From contig JAHIYU010000026.1 of assembly GCA_018814885.1 (NCBI GenBank), positions 30,079-94,078 of the forward strand: 64,000 bases of DNA, given 5' to 3'. The stretch is from a bacterium. Lineage in GTDB: Bacteria; Krumholzibacteriota; Krumholzibacteriia; LZORAL124-64-63. A model generated the notes under the pieces. That model worked only from the letters and a program-made list of their open reading frames with translations, was not told where the DNA came from and ran no database searches. Shown piece after piece: positions 1-11,060 of this stretch. The stretch's first letter is position 1; every line of letters begins with the position of its first letter. Made by a program: the position numbers and the translations under genes.

Positions 1-600
1 GGGACGCAGGTAGGGATCGATCTTCTCCTGCATGTCGCCCGGCAGAAAGCCTAGTTGCTCGCCCGCCTCTACGGCAGGGCGCACTAGGACGACCCGTTCG
101 ACGAGCCCCCGCTTCAGGTAATCCATGGCCAGCACGACCGCCAGGTAGGTCTTGCCCGTGCCGGCCGGCCCGATGGCGAACACCACGTCGTGATCGCGGA
201 TGGCTTCCACGTAGGCCTGCTGCCCGACGGTCTTGGCGCGGATGGCGCGCCGGGTCCCGGTGGCGTAGAAGAGCGTTTCGCCCCCAGCGGGCTCCTCCCC
301 GGGCTCGCCCGCGAGATGTCGCTCGATGACATAGTTGACCGAGACGGGGTCCAGCTCGTGTTGCCGCATCAAAAGATCGATCAGTTTGAGCACCACGCCG
401 CTCAGGGTCTCGATCTCGTCCTGTGGTCCCTTGAGGACCATGCTCTCGCCCCGCACGGTTATGGAACCGTTCAGGCGGGCCTCCAGCAGGCGCAGATTCC
501 GGTCTTCAGCACCGAGCAGCGCGAACTGATCCACGCCCGCGAGGGAGATATGCATTTCGTCGGGACCCAGCGAGCTTATCCTCTTCTTGTGAGCGGTCAT
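1..600 (-). CDS. phoH: PhoH family ATPase (3' part runs off the left edge)
   Basis: Manual translation from ATG at 600 gives [14 protein letters not shown] (Walker A) and [32 protein letters not shown]. Start overlaps the aspS stop (ATGA). Confidence 0.93.
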   Translation of the reverse strand, partial: MTAHKKRISSLGPDEMHISLAGVDQFALLGAEDRNLRLLEARLNGSITVRGESMVLKGPQDEIETLSGVVLKLIDLLMRQHELDPVSVNYVIERHLAGEPGEEPAGGETLFYATGTRRAIRAKTVGQQAYVEAIRDHDVVFAIGPAGTGKTYLAVVLAMDYLKRGLVERVVLVRPAVEAGEQLGFLPGDMQEKIDPYLRP

Positions 601-2375
601 GGCTCCTCGTCTCCGGCCACGATTTCCAGTCCGAGTTCGGAGAGCTGCTGATCGCTGATCGGTCCCGGCGAATTGTCCAGCGGCGAAGCGGCAAGGTGCG
701 TCTTGGGAAAGGCGATCACGTCTCGCAACGAGCTGCTGCCGGTCATGAGCATCACGATGCGGTCCAGACCGAGTGCGATGCCTCCGTGGGGCGGGGCACC
801 GTATTCCAGGGCGTCGAGGAAGAAGCCGAACTTGCCCTCGTATTCCTCTCTCGTCATGCCGACGGTCCTGAAGATGGCTTCTTGGATTTCCCGCCGGTGC
901 ACGCGGATACTGCCCGAGCCGAGTTCCACGCCGTTGCAGACCAGGTCGTAGAGCTGACCGCGGCAGGCTCCCGGGTCGGTTGCCAGCGAAGCCAGGCTGT
1001 CGTCGTCCGGCATGGTGAACATGTGGTGACAGGCCGTCCAGCCGCCGGTCACCCCGTTTCGCTCGAAGAGCGGGAAATTGCGTACCCAGGCGAAAGACCA
1101 GGCACCGTCGGGGATCCAACCCTCGCGCTCCGCCAGGGCCAGACGCACTGCACCGAGGGGTGCCAGAACGCAGGCGTCTTCACCGGCCCCGAAGAGCAGC
1201 AGATCGCCGGCCCGGGCTCCTGCACGTGCGCAGAGCGCGGTGGCGAACTCGGCGTCCAGGAACTTGCTGATGCCCGCTTCCAGTCCGTCGGCGCCCACCT
1301 TGGCGAAGGCCAGCCCCTTGGCTCCATGCTTCTTGGCCAGTTCCTCCAGTTCGCCTATCTGCTTGCGGCTGTATGCCGAACAGCCCGCGGCCACCAGGCA
1401 CCTTATACCGCCCCCGTCCGAGATCGCCCCGGTGAAGACTCCGAAACCACAATCGCCGGCGAGGTCGGTCACATCGTGAATGGGGCATCCGAAACGGAGG
1501 TCGGGCTTGTCCGAGCCGTACGAGCCCATCGCCGCGTCGTAGTCCAGCCGCGGGAAGGGCGTCGAGATCCCGATACCCGCCGCGTCGGCGAACATCGTCG
1601 ACACCATGCCCTCGACCAGTTCGAAGATCTCGTCTTCGCGCACGAAGCTCATTTCCAGGTCGATCTGGGTGTGTTCAGGTTGACGGTCCTTGCGCAGGTC
1701 CTCGTCGCGCAGGCACCGCGGCAGCTGGAAGTACCGGTCCACGCCTGCGACCATCAGGATCTGCTTGTAGAGCTGGGGGGATTGCGGCAACGCGTAGAAA
1801 CTGCCGGGTTGAATCCGGCTGGGCACGACATAGTCACGCGCCCCCTCGGGCGTGGTCTTGATCAGCAGAGGGGTCTCGACTTCAAGGAAATCGCGATCGG
1901 ACAGGTAACGCCGCACCGACTGGGCTGCCCGATGGCGGATTCTCAGGTTCTCCGCCATGCGCGGTTGGCGCAGATCGACGTAGCGGTATTTCAGACGCAA
2001 TTCATCGGAGGCCTGCGCCGCCTGGTCGAGTTGGAAGGGCAGCGGCTTGCTGGGGTTGAGGATCTCGAGCGCCGATACGGCGACCTCGACGGCGCCGGTG
2101 GCCATGTTCTCGTTGACCATCCCTTCGGGACGGGGCCGCACCCGACCGGCGACGGCGATCACCGATTCGAGTTTCACGCTGCCGCCCGCGGCGGGCAGAT
2201 CGCCGTCCTCGAACACGGCCTGCACGGTGCCATAGCGATCGCGCAGGTCGATGAAGGTGACGCCCCCCATGTCCCTGATCTTGGCGGCCCAGCCGGCCAG
2301 GCGCACTTCCTCGCCGATCAGGCGCGAGTCGATTCCGCCACAACGATGGGTGCGGATGCGTTTGTTGTCGTTCAC
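597..2375 (-). CDS. aspS: Aspartate--tRNA ligase
   Basis: RTHRCG N-terminus, [62 protein letters not shown] start overlaps the hisS stop; the track ORF is over-extended to 3140. Confidence 0.97.
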   Translation of the reverse strand: MNDNKRIRTHRCGGIDSRLIGEEVRLAGWAAKIRDMGGVTFIDLRDRYGTVQAVFEDGDLPAAGGSVKLESVIAVAGRVRPRPEGMVNENMATGAVEVAVSALEILNPSKPLPFQLDQAAQASDELRLKYRYVDLRQPRMAENLRIRHRAAQSVRRYLSDRDFLEVETPLLIKTTPEGARDYVVPSRIQPGSFYALPQSPQLYKQILMVAGVDRYFQLPRCLRDEDLRKDRQPEHTQIDLEMSFVREDEIFELVEGMVSTMFADAAGIGISTPFPRLDYDAAMGSYGSDKPDLRFGCPIHDVTDLAGDCGFGVFTGAISDGGGIRCLVAAGCSAYSRKQIGELEELAKKHGAKGLAFAKVGADGLEAGISKFLDAEFATALCARAGARAGDLLLFGAGEDACVLAPLGAVRLALAEREGWIPDGAWSFAWVRNFPLFERNGVTGGWTACHHMFTMPDDDSLASLATDPGACRGQLYDLVCNGVELGSGSIRVHRREIQEAIFRTVGMTREEYEGKFGFFLDALEYGAPPHGGIALGLDRIVMLMTGSSSLRDVIAFPKTHLAASPLDNSPGPISDQQLSELGLEIVAGDEEP

Positions 2376-3646
2376 GAGCCGAGCACCTCCCGCACCGTCT
2401 CCAGGAGCCTGACGTTGGCCACCTCCTGTTGGTGCCCGGTGTCGAGGTCCTTGAGTTGGAAACAATCCCCGGCAATCTCCTCGTCGCCGGCGATGACCAC
2501 GAGTTTCGCCGTGCGCGAGTCGGCGCTCTTCATCTGAGCCTTGACGCCCCGGCCCGAGGTGTCGACCTCCACCCGGCAGACGCCGCGAAGACGATCGGCG
2601 TGGGTGAGGGAGTATCCCTGGGCCGCATCCCCCAGACAGACCATGTATACATCTACCGGCGCCTGCCGGCTCCGTTGCAGGTCCACGGCATCGGTGTAGA
2701 GATGCTTGACTACCCTGTCGATACCCAGGGAAAAGCCCACCGCAGGCGTGGCAGGGCCCCCGCACTGCTCCACCAGGTCGTCGTAGCGACCACCGCCGCA
2801 CAACGCACTCTGCTGCTTGTCCTGGTATGTGGAGATCTCGAATGTCGTGCGCGTGTAGTAGTCGAGCCCACGGACCAGCGCAGGATCCCGGCGATAGCTC
2901 ACGGACATGTCGTCGAGCGTGCTGCACAGCTTTTCGTGGTGAGCGGCGCAGTCGGCACAGACCGCCTCGTTGATGGGCGGGTACTGTTCGAGCAGTCTCC
3001 GGCAATCCACGACCTTGCAATCGAACAGTCTCAAGGGGTTCTTCTCCATGCGGACCCGGCAGGTCTCGCAGAACCCGTCGGCCCGCTCGCATACCCAGTC
3101 GCGCAGCCCCGCCACATACGCAGGGCGGCAGGCCGCACAACCGATGGTGTTGATCTGGAGATCGATCTCATCGGCGTCCACCGCCTCGAACAGGGCCATG
3201 GCGGTGCGGATGACCTCCGCATCGAGGACGGGTGACGGTGAACCGATCGCCTCCACACCGACTTGATGGAATTGCCTGTAACGTCCCGCCTGGGGGCGAT
3301 CGTACCTGAACATGGGGCCCAGGTAGTAGAACTTGAGAGTGCCCGGTTGCCGGGTCAGCCCGTTCTCGAGATAGGCGCGCACCACGGACGCCGTCGCCTC
3401 CGGGCGGAGCGTGACGCTTTCCCGACCCTTGGTCTCGAAGGTGAACATCTCCTTGTCCACGATGTCGGTGCCCGAGCCGACCGACCTCACGAACAGGTCC
3501 GTCGACTCGATGATGGGCGTCCTGATCTCACCATAGCCGTATCTCTCGAGCACTTCGCGCCAGCGGTCCTCGCACCAGCGCCAACGCACCATCTCCTCGA
3601 GCATGATGTCCCGCGTCCCCTTGGGGCGGCGGTATCTCTTGTCCAT
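2372..3646 (-). CDS. hisS: Histidine--tRNA ligase
   Basis: [66 protein letters not shown]. Start is 3646 or 3652. Confidence 0.97.
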   Translation of the reverse strand: MDKRYRRPKGTRDIMLEEMVRWRWCEDRWREVLERYGYGEIRTPIIESTDLFVRSVGSGTDIVDKEMFTFETKGRESVTLRPEATASVVRAYLENGLTRQPGTLKFYYLGPMFRYDRPQAGRYRQFHQVGVEAIGSPSPVLDAEVIRTAMALFEAVDADEIDLQINTIGCAACRPAYVAGLRDWVCERADGFCETCRVRMEKNPLRLFDCKVVDCRRLLEQYPPINEAVCADCAAHHEKLCSTLDDMSVSYRRDPALVRGLDYYTRTTFEISTYQDKQQSALCGGGRYDDLVEQCGGPATPAVGFSLGIDRVVKHLYTDAVDLQRSRQAPVDVYMVCLGDAAQGYSLTHADRLRGVCRVEVDTSGRGVKAQMKSADSRTAKLVVIAGDEEIAGDCFQLKDLDTGHQQEVANVRLLETVREVLGS

Positions 3647-3719
3647 CCTCATCTCCCGTCCGGATTCTTCAGGAAACAACGCGCGGATTCCGTTGTGCAA
3701 GGCGGTGCCGTCCTGCCAG

Positions 3720-4652
3720 TCATGGGGCTCCGTCGCGGTGCGGGGCTCCGCCCACGACGAGCATGAACTCCTCCGGATCCAGGGTGATCAACCGGCAATG
3801 TTCCGGAAGCATCACCTCGGGCCTCACCGTATGCGCCCCGGAATCCAGACCCGACGACGACACGGTCAAGGAGATCGACGAGGCGGTGAGGACCGCGAGC
3901 GACTCCACCGGACCACTGATCTCCACGCTCGCCACGGGCGGGAAAACCTCGACATGAGGCTGCCCGGTGTCAAGCAGCGGCACCAACGGCACGTGTTCGA
4001 ACACACGTCGCCCGACCGCCGCGGCCTCCACGAACACCTGCACGGATTCCTGTAGGGGATCGAGATGAGGATGGGGCGAGACGAGTCCGCGCTTGATCGT
4101 TCCCGAGCCATGAATCCGCGAGAGGTCCACGGCCACGGTCCTGAGCAGCAGGTCCCGGGACAGGAAACGGGACGGGCCTGCCAGGGGCACGGAATCCGGC
4201 ACTGCCCTGAGTGGAGACAGCAGCATCCATTCGGCGGACAGCTCCCCCTTGGTCGCGACCGCCACGGCGACCGGCAGCGAATCGAGGCGATCGACGTCGA
4301 GCTCCAACCTGTCCGGATCGAGGACCACGACTTCGGTCAGAGACGTTCTCACGTCGCCGGCCGTGAGATCCTTGACGTAGCGTATGCCGGGATCGACGCC
4401 AGAGAGGTCCACCACGACTTCGCCGGGCCGATTGCCGAAATACCGCGACAGGAAGAAACGCCACTTGCTGCCCCGCGCGCGCAACCGCACCGTCTCGGGC
4501 CATTCGTTGCCCGCGAGGGTCAGGTTCCCGGGCAGGCCATCGAAGCGCAGGGGGAGATCGACCTCTCGTACGCGCATGACGCCAGACGCCACCTGGATCC
4601 AGATCAGGACCGAGGCGAAGAGGCAAAAGAGCTTCAGTACATGTTTGTTCAT
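3720..4652 (-). CDS. YbbR/CdaR-like domain membrane protein
   Basis: N-terminal TM helix (KLFCLFASVLIWIQV) followed by repeated YbbR-like beta units (P..V.L.GP/RARGS; PPVASVEISGP). Confidence 0.7.
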   Translation of the reverse strand: MNKHVLKLFCLFASVLIWIQVASGVMRVREVDLPLRFDGLPGNLTLAGNEWPETVRLRARGSKWRFFLSRYFGNRPGEVVVDLSGVDPGIRYVKDLTAGDVRTSLTEVVVLDPDRLELDVDRLDSLPVAVAVATKGELSAEWMLLSPLRAVPDSVPLAGPSRFLSRDLLLRTVAVDLSRIHGSGTIKRGLVSPHPHLDPLQESVQVFVEAAAVGRRVFEHVPLVPLLDTGQPHVEVFPPVASVEISGPVESLAVLTASSISLTVSSSGLDSGAHTVRPEVMLPEHCRLITLDPEEFMLVVGGAPHRDGAP

Positions 4653-4704
4653 GCCACCTCTTGTCTTCCCTGCCGCCGAAGCCGGGATTGCCTTCTAGGC
4701 GGCG

Positions 4705-6069
4705 TCACGGCAACAACAAGGACTGGCCGACCGACAGGTTATCCGAATCCAGCCCGTTGCGATCGCGTATCTCCCGCACGGACGTGGCGTGGCGCAGGGC
4801 CAGCCTCCACAACGTGTCGCCGCTTCTCACCCTGTATGGCGTCACCCATCGTCGCGGCTCGCCGCCGAGATCGGGACGTTCGTCTCCCCGATGGTTCACC
4901 ACGCCTTCGCACAGCAACCCCGCCAATTCTCTCTGCCCCGCACGGCTGCGCAGGAGCTCCCGGTCCGACCCGTTGGACAGGTAGGCGGCCTCGACCAGGA
5001 CTGACGGCATGGCCAGGCTGCGCAGGACCATGAAACCAGCCTGCTTGACCTTGCGGCCCTCGACGGAGCCCGACCTGCGGGCCGAGCCGATCAGATGCTC
5101 GGCCAGGCGATTCGACTGCGTGAGGATCCGGCTCATGCGTAGATCCATCAGTATCGAGATCACATCGTCCTGACGCTCCGCCGGTGAAAGTCCCACGCGG
5201 TCGGCGGCGTTCTCCTGATCCGCCAGAGCTTGGGCCTCGCTGTCGGTCGCCCGCTCCAGGCTGAGGAAATAGGTCTCCAAGCCCGACGTTGCGGAGTTCG
5301 CGTGGGTGTTGGCGTGGATCGAGAGGAACAGGTCGCCCCGTGCCTTCTCCGCGATTTGCACCCGTTCGGCCAGACTGACGAAATAATCACCGGTACGTGT
5401 CAGCACGGCCCGGTAACCTTCGCGCGCATCCAGCAATTCCGCCAGTTCGCGGGCGATCGCCAGGACTACATCCTTCTCCCGCACACCCTTGCGGATGGCT
5501 CCCGGGTCCATGCCGCCGTGGCCCGGATCTATGACCACCGTGTACCGGGGTGACGCAGGCGCCACGATCGCCCCTGCGGCCGCCGGGTCGGTGCCGACGA
5601 GAGGGGCCCGGTCCGCTGCCGGCCCATCGCGGCTCTCCGGCCTGAAGATATCCACCACGATCCGGTCGGGCCTGCCCCCTTCCGCCAGCAGCGCGAAATG
5701 CCTGAACACCGGATCCCCGTCCAGATCCAGCACGACCTGAGCCTTGTCGCTCAGGACGTTGCGGCGGATTCTGAGCACCATGCCGTCGCCGACGACAATG
5801 GTTCCATGTTCGCGGAAGATCGCCCCGGGTATATTGAGGGCGATCCGATCGGGATGCCCCACCCGCCGCAAGTCGTAGGCTACTCCCCCCGAGAGATCGA
5901 GCACGACGCGCGTGCTCCCGGGCGATGTCCAGTAACGGATCTTGGTGATCTCGACCCCGGCGCGCACGCTGGACGCGGCGCAGCAACAGGAGACGATCGC
6001 AACCGAAAGCAACGGCAGCCACGTACAAACACGCCTGCTGCCACGGATCAGGTCATTCCGGGGCCTCAT
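4705..6069 (-). CDS. N-acetylmuramoyl-L-alanine amidase (AMIN + Amidase_3 + LysM)
   Basis: Signal-like N-terminus, TRVVLDLS/RIVVDI AMIN motifs, VVIDPGHGG, SIHAN, VLVEAAYLSN, C-terminal LysM YRVRSGDTLWRLA. Confidence 0.92.
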   Translation of the reverse strand: MRPRNDLIRGSRRVCTWLPLLSVAIVSCCCAASSVRAGVEITKIRYWTSPGSTRVVLDLSGGVAYDLRRVGHPDRIALNIPGAIFREHGTIVVGDGMVLRIRRNVLSDKAQVVLDLDGDPVFRHFALLAEGGRPDRIVVDIFRPESRDGPAADRAPLVGTDPAAAGAIVAPASPRYTVVIDPGHGGMDPGAIRKGVREKDVVLAIARELAELLDAREGYRAVLTRTGDYFVSLAERVQIAEKARGDLFLSIHANTHANSATSGLETYFLSLERATDSEAQALADQENAADRVGLSPAERQDDVISILMDLRMSRILTQSNRLAEHLIGSARRSGSVEGRKVKQAGFMVLRSLAMPSVLVEAAYLSNGSDRELLRSRAGQRELAGLLCEGVVNHRGDERPDLGGEPRRWVTPYRVRSGDTLWRLALRHATSVREIRDRNGLDSDNLSVGQSLLLP

Positions 6070-6153
6070 GCCGAGTCAACGCTCCTCTTCCCGGACCGGC
6101 ACGGCCCAGGCGCCTGGAAAATACCACAGCCGTACGGCCATGCAAACAGGAGA

Positions 6154-7074
6154 TCAGCGGGTGGCGTAGTTGTCGAGGACGTAGGGCAGGGGATTGACAT
6201 GTCGGCCACCGACGGCGACCTCGTAGTGCAGATGCGGCGCGGTCGACCGTCCCGTGTTGCCGGAGCGCCCGATCACCTCGCCACGCGCTACGCGCTGGCC
6301 GATTCGGATGGACCAGTCCGACAGGTGCGCGTAGGTCGTGGTGATGCGATTGCCGTGATCGATCCGGATCATCTTGCCGAGCCCGCGATCGTGCTTCAAG
6401 GAAAGGATGATCCCGCCGGCGACGGCGCGCACCGGCGTGCCCGAGGGGACCGAATAGTCCAGGCCGCGGTGGAAACGCGATTTCCCGGTGAAGGGGTCCT
6501 TGCGATAACCGTAGGTGGAACTGAGCCAACCGGTATCCACGGGGCGGATCGAGGGTAGATGGTCGATCGTCGTCTGTCTCGAGGTCAGCGTATCGAGCAG
6601 GGTCTGGTACCCCTTGTGCTGTATCCGCGCCTGCCTCAGCAGCTTGTTGAGATCGTGCTCGAGAGTGACGGCGGGCCTCACCCCGGCCGCAACGTCCGCG
6701 ACGAAGACGTGCGCCAGCGAGCGACCGCCGACACCGGCTTCCCTCACGTCGGGATCCACCGGGTCCAGGCCGATCGCCGCCGACACCATCTCCTGGAAGC
6801 GGTACGAGCGGTTGAGGTGATCCCGGAGCGTCTCGACCTTGTCGCCCAACTGGACCAGCTCATCGCTGAGACGCGCGTTCTCCCTCTGCAGCTCCGAGCC
6901 GCCGGGCAACCAGCTGGATCCGTGGAACAGGCCGAATACGTAGAAGGCCGCCAAGGTGAGCAGGGCGAGGGTTGCGGCACCCCCCGACACGGCCACCAAC
7001 CGCGGCACATTCAACTCGCGCGTCGCGGCGTGGTCCTCTGGCACGTACAGGAATGTGTATTTCTTGCGTAGCAT
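6154..7074 (-). CDS. M23 family metallopeptidase
   Basis: N-terminal TM plus coiled coil, then HRGLD, YAHLS, GNTGRSTAPHLHYEV. Start placed at MLRKKY. Confidence 0.9.
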   Translation of the reverse strand: MLRKKYTFLYVPEDHAATRELNVPRLVAVSGGAATLALLTLAAFYVFGLFHGSSWLPGGSELQRENARLSDELVQLGDKVETLRDHLNRSYRFQEMVSAAIGLDPVDPDVREAGVGGRSLAHVFVADVAAGVRPAVTLEHDLNKLLRQARIQHKGYQTLLDTLTSRQTTIDHLPSIRPVDTGWLSSTYGYRKDPFTGKSRFHRGLDYSVPSGTPVRAVAGGIILSLKHDRGLGKMIRIDHGNRITTTYAHLSDWSIRIGQRVARGEVIGRSGNTGRSTAPHLHYEVAVGGRHVNPLPYVLDNYATR

Positions 7075-7186
7075 GTCGGAACGGAACCAGCCTGGTAATA
7101 ACACCCGGAAACATCCACCGAGCCAAGATACCTGTATCATACCGGATGTCAACCCCGGCCGCACCGCCGCTGCGGCCGGGGCTTCG

Positions 7187-8035
7187 CTACAGGTAATCGC
7201 GCAACAACGACCGTCCGGCCGTCTGACGCATCTTGCGCAGCGCCTTTTCCTTGATCTGTCGGATGCGCTCGCGGGTCAGCCCCAGGCGCTTGCCGATGGC
7301 CTCCAGGGTCAGGGCCTCCTCCTCGCCCAGCCCATAATAGAGACTGATGATCATGGCTTCGCGTGCGGAGAGCGATCGCAGGCTTCGGCGTACGTCCTCG
7401 CGCATGACACGATCGTAGAGCCTGTCGTCCGAGCCCGGCTGCGAGTCCGCGGCCAGGGTCTCGATCAGGGGGCGGTCGTCCGTGCCCTGATCGTCCAACC
7501 CCACTTCCCCACCGTTGAGCTCCAGGGAACGTCTCACGTCCTGCGGCGACAGGTTCAGCTCGTTGGCGATCATATGATCGGTCGGGTTCTCGTTGCCCTC
7601 GCTCTGCAGCTTGGTGCGGGCCCGATTGATCTTGAGCAGCTGGGCGGTCTGGTTCTGCGGCAGCCGCACCAGCCTGGAATGATCCAGCAGGGACTGCAAG
7701 ATCGACTGCCTGATCCACCATACGGCATAACTGATGAACTTGAAGCCACGCGTCTCGTCGAAACGGTCGGCGGCCTTCAGCAGACCGATGTTGCCCTCGT
7801 TGATGAGGTCCGCCAGCGTCAACCCCTGATGGACGTAACGCTTGGCCACCGTGACCACGAAGCGCAGGTTAGCGTTGACCAGGCACTTGAGGGCTTCCTG
7901 ATCCCCTTGGTGTATGCGAGAAGCCAACTCTGTCTCATCTTCGCGGGACAGCAACTTGTACCTGTTGATCTCCTTGAAGTAGATCTCCAGGCTCTTCTCA
8001 TGAGTGGGAGGCAGGATGGACGTTCTGGTAGCCAT
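7187..8035 (-). CDS. Short RpoD/SigA-family sigma70 factor (regions 1.2-4, no region 1.1)
   Basis: YFKEINRYKLLSREDE, LVNANLRFVVTVAKRY, GFKFISYAVWWIRQSI, LTRERIRQIKEKAL. Confidence 0.93.
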   Translation of the reverse strand: MATRTSILPPTHEKSLEIYFKEINRYKLLSREDETELASRIHQGDQEALKCLVNANLRFVVTVAKRYVHQGLTLADLINEGNIGLLKAADRFDETRGFKFISYAVWWIRQSILQSLLDHSRLVRLPQNQTAQLLKINRARTKLQSEGNENPTDHMIANELNLSPQDVRRSLELNGGEVGLDDQGTDDRPLIETLAADSQPGSDDRLYDRVMREDVRRSLRSLSAREAMIISLYYGLGEEEALTLEAIGKRLGLTRERIRQIKEKALRKMRQTAGRSLLRDYL

Positions 8036-8098
8036 GATGTCCTCCTCTCGTGGGGTGCGCATCCGGCTGGAGTCCGGGGGCGGGGCCGGGATGAAGCC

Positions 8099-9547
8099 CT
8101 AGCCCTCTCTCGCTCCAGGATCGGGTTCGAGCAGGCGGTATCCATCCATGCCGCCGGACTCTATCAGCAGGGATAAGGTCTCGCTGCTGCCCGCCAGTTC
8201 CTCCCGGAGTCGCTGAAAATCCTCGGCGCCGGCAACCGACCGGCCGTTGATCTCCAGGATTACGTCCCCGGGCTGCAGACCCGCGTCGGCCGCCGGTCCG
8301 TCCGGCGCCACTGCGATGACCATCATTCCCCGTTCTCCTTCGACGCCGAGGGCGTCCTTCAAACGCCGCACGCGGGGATCGCCGCCGCCCAGGGGGGCTA
8401 CGGACATCCCGTGCCACGTATCTTCCCGGGCCGTATTTTCGCTTCCGGCCTCCGGCTCCTCCGCCGGCACGACCTCGAGCTCGATCCGTCGCCCGTCACG
8501 CAGGACCAGGCAGGAGGTGGCCTGTCCGATCTCCGCATCGCTGACGAGGAACTGCAGATCGTGGTCGTCCGCCACGTCCTCCCCGGCGAAACCTATGATC
8601 ACGTCGTTCGCGAGCAGCCCGGCGGTCTGCGCAGGCGAACCAGGCAGCACCGCCTCTACCAGCGCGCCCTGTCGTTTTCCGTCCTGCAGGTGGTCGCTGG
8701 TGCGCGCCCCCAGGTAGCCGCGAATCATGCGGCCATGAGCCACGATCTGTTCCAGGACACGGCGAGCGTAATTGCTCGGTATGGCGAATCCGATGCCCTG
8801 GGCGGATTTGTTGATCGCCGTGTTGACGCCGATCACCCGACCGCCCAGATCGAGCAGGGGGCCGCCGCTGTTGCCGAAGTTGATCGCGGCATCCGTCTGC
8901 AGGAAGTCCTGATACCTGGGTGCTCCACCGTGAATGACGAGGTCGCTGCGTCCCTTCGCGCTGACGACGCCCACAGTGACGCTGCCTTCCAGATTGCCGA
9001 AGGGGTTGCCCACGGCTATGGCCCAGTCGCCTACCCGCACGATGTCCGAGTCGCCGAAAGAAAGAGGTGTCAGGGGAGCGCTTCTCTCGATCTTGAGCAC
9101 GGCCAGATCGCTGCCGGGATCGCTGCCGACGACCACCGCTTCGTAGGTGTGGCTCTCCCCCCTGAAGCGGACGCTCACCGCGTCGGCCCTGTCGATCACG
9201 TGGAGGTTGGTGAGGATGTGTCCGTCCCGGCTGACCACGAAGCCCGTGCCGCTGCCCGTGGGATTGAAAGGCGCGCCCTCTCCCCTGTCGTCGGGGAAGT
9301 AGCGCCTGTACAGTTCGTCCATCGGGTCGAGATCCAGGCCGCCGCCGGTAACGGAGCGTTCGGCGCGGATGCTGACCACGAGATCGCGTGCGCTGGAAAC
9401 CACGGCGGTGAACGGAGAAGCCGGTGCCGGGGTATCATCCACCCGTGCCAACCCCTGGGCGCAGGCGCCTGACGTCGAGAGCGCGCCCAGCATCGCGCTC
9501 GACAACGCGATGCACGCCATGAAGGTAAATGATGAACGCACGGACAT
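8099..9547 (-). CDS. DegP/HtrA serine endoprotease with two PDZ domains
   Basis: GSGTGF, catalytic H (LTNLHV), D (SDLAVL), S (INFGNSGGPL), two PDZ units, signal peptide. Start uncertain (9547 or 9595). Confidence 0.92.
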   Translation of the reverse strand: MSVRSSFTFMACIALSSAMLGALSTSGACAQGLARVDDTPAPASPFTAVVSSARDLVVSIRAERSVTGGGLDLDPMDELYRRYFPDDRGEGAPFNPTGSGTGFVVSRDGHILTNLHVIDRADAVSVRFRGESHTYEAVVVGSDPGSDLAVLKIERSAPLTPLSFGDSDIVRVGDWAIAVGNPFGNLEGSVTVGVVSAKGRSDLVIHGGAPRYQDFLQTDAAINFGNSGGPLLDLGGRVIGVNTAINKSAQGIGFAIPSNYARRVLEQIVAHGRMIRGYLGARTSDHLQDGKRQGALVEAVLPGSPAQTAGLLANDVIIGFAGEDVADDHDLQFLVSDAEIGQATSCLVLRDGRRIELEVVPAEEPEAGSENTAREDTWHGMSVAPLGGGDPRVRRLKDALGVEGERGMMVIAVAPDGPAADAGLQPGDVILEINGRSVAGAEDFQRLREELAGSSETLSLLIESGGMDGYRLLEPDPGAREG

Positions 9548-9707
9548 CTCAGCTTGCTCCCTGCTCCAATGCACCGACACCATCGTCGGCAACACACGGA
9601 GCCGCTGGAAAGCGGCTCAAGCCGGACGCTTCGTGGGAAAAGCGACAGGGTGGGATGAATCACGTTTCGCCGGAGCCGTTGCGCCGGCCAGTTGCAGGGA
9701 TGGAACG

Positions 9708-9737
9708 ATCCTACCAGACATTCATAATCTCGGTCAA
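9708..9737 (-). promoter_or_regulatory. Putative sigma70 promoter for the degP-sigma-M23-amidase cluster
   Basis: Minus strand TTGACC-N18-TAGGAT upstream of degP. Confidence 0.45.
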
Positions 9738-9753
9738 GTGGATTCGCAACTGC

Positions 9754-10206
9754 TCAGTCCGTTTTGTTTTTCTCGCCGGCAATGGGATCACCTTCGCCTG
9801 CGACAGGCATTCCCGCCGCCGAGGCCCCGCTGTAGTCGCCAGGTTCGTCCGCTTCACCGGATGTTCCCGGAGTTGCGCCTGCGGCTGCCGCTCGGCTCGC
9901 ATGGCGCTGGCCCGCAGCCGTCTTGATCTCCGAGATCTCCTTCTCCTTCGACTGCAACTCCCCCTCCAGGTCGCGGACCTTTCCCACCAGGGAGAGCAGC
10001 ATGGGGTCATCGAGCACGCCAGGGCGCTCCTCGTTGAGCGCGTTGTAGACCAGGCTGCCGATCTCGCTGAAATGCCGCTCGATATCGCGGCTCAGCCCGA
10101 AGATGTCGTAACGTCGGAGACCGACCTTGGCCAGTTCCCCCGTCTTGTCCGCAGCCACGCTGTACCATTCGGTCAGGTTCACCTTCACGTCGTCCCACAA
10201 CGTCAT
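9754..10206 (-). CDS. Hypothetical coiled-coil protein
   Basis: 150-aa ORF with SD (GGAGGGGAG), helical N-terminal ~95 aa and a low-complexity acidic tail. Confidence 0.7.
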   Translation of the reverse strand: MTLWDDVKVNLTEWYSVAADKTGELAKVGLRRYDIFGLSRDIERHFSEIGSLVYNALNEERPGVLDDPMLLSLVGKVRDLEGELQSKEKEISEIKTAAGQRHASRAAAAGATPGTSGEADEPGDYSGASAAGMPVAGEGDPIAGEKNKTD

Positions 10207-10281
10207 AACGACTCCCCTCCGTTCGTTGTGCGCGGAAAATATCTTGCCGTCCCAGGACTATTCATATACTAATCACTTCCC

Positions 10282-11031
10282 ATGGGCAAGGCCGACCAGC
10301 ACACTATCCTCTTCGTTTCCGACACGCACTTCCATCTCGAGCCCGAGCCGGACGAGAGGGAACGGGTCGCATTGTTCCTGGAATTCCTGAAAATGGCAGG
10401 ACGTGCGGACGAGCTCGTTCTGCTCGGCGACATCTTCGACTTCTGGTTCGATTACCCGCACTTCCGACTCAAGGGTTACGAGGAGCTGCTGGCCGGGCTC
10501 GACGAGGTGCATGCCTGTGGAACCCGGATGCACTTCATCGGCGGCAACCACGACATATGGGCCGCCGACTACATGCATCGCCGCTACGGCTGCCGCCCCG
10601 GCGGAAAGGCCATTACTTTGCAGGCCCAAGGCCTGCGCTTGAACCTCGTGCACGGGGACGGTCTGCTGATCAGGGATCGGCTCTACAGCACATTCCGCTG
10701 GCTGGTCAGGCAGAGGATCGGCATAGCCTTCGCCAAGTCCCTCCACCCAGAGTTGCTCTACGCTTTTTCGCGCTGGCTCAGCCACACCAGCCGCCAGGTT
10801 TCCCGAGATGAGGCGGCGATAATCGAGAAACGAGCGGCGGCCTACCTGGATCACGATAGCGACGACTGGGATCTGCTGCTGATCGGGCACCTGCATCACC
10901 CATTCCGGTTGACTGAAGGCAGGCGTACCCTCGCCGTCCTGGGCAGCTGGTTCGATGGAGCCAGTTACGGGATCATGCGTGAGGGCAGGTTCGAACTCCT
11001 GGATTTCGCATCGGATCCCCATCCCCTCTGA
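10282..11031 (+). CDS. lpxH: UDP-2,3-diacylglucosamine diphosphatase (LpxH-like metallophosphoesterase)
   Basis: SDTH, LLGDIFDFW, GGNHD, HGD, GHLH metallophosphoesterase motifs. Confidence 0.82.
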   Translation: MGKADQHTILFVSDTHFHLEPEPDERERVALFLEFLKMAGRADELVLLGDIFDFWFDYPHFRLKGYEELLAGLDEVHACGTRMHFIGGNHDIWAADYMHRRYGCRPGGKAITLQAQGLRLNLVHGDGLLIRDRLYSTFRWLVRQRIGIAFAKSLHPELLYAFSRWLSHTSRQVSRDEAAIIEKRAAAYLDHDSDDWDLLLIGHLHHPFRLTEGRRTLAVLGSWFDGASYGIMREGRFELLDFASDPHPL

Positions 11032-11060
11032 GACGGTCGACGGTGACCTTCGCTGGTGGG

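Noticed and set aside
1010-1030. AspRS HHMFT instead of the usual HHPFT
   Set aside because: A single substitution in an otherwise canonical enzyme; no functional novelty can be inferred.
597-3140. 847-aa AspRS with a long N-terminal extension
   Set aside because: The extension overlaps hisS in another frame. AspRS homology starts at 2375.
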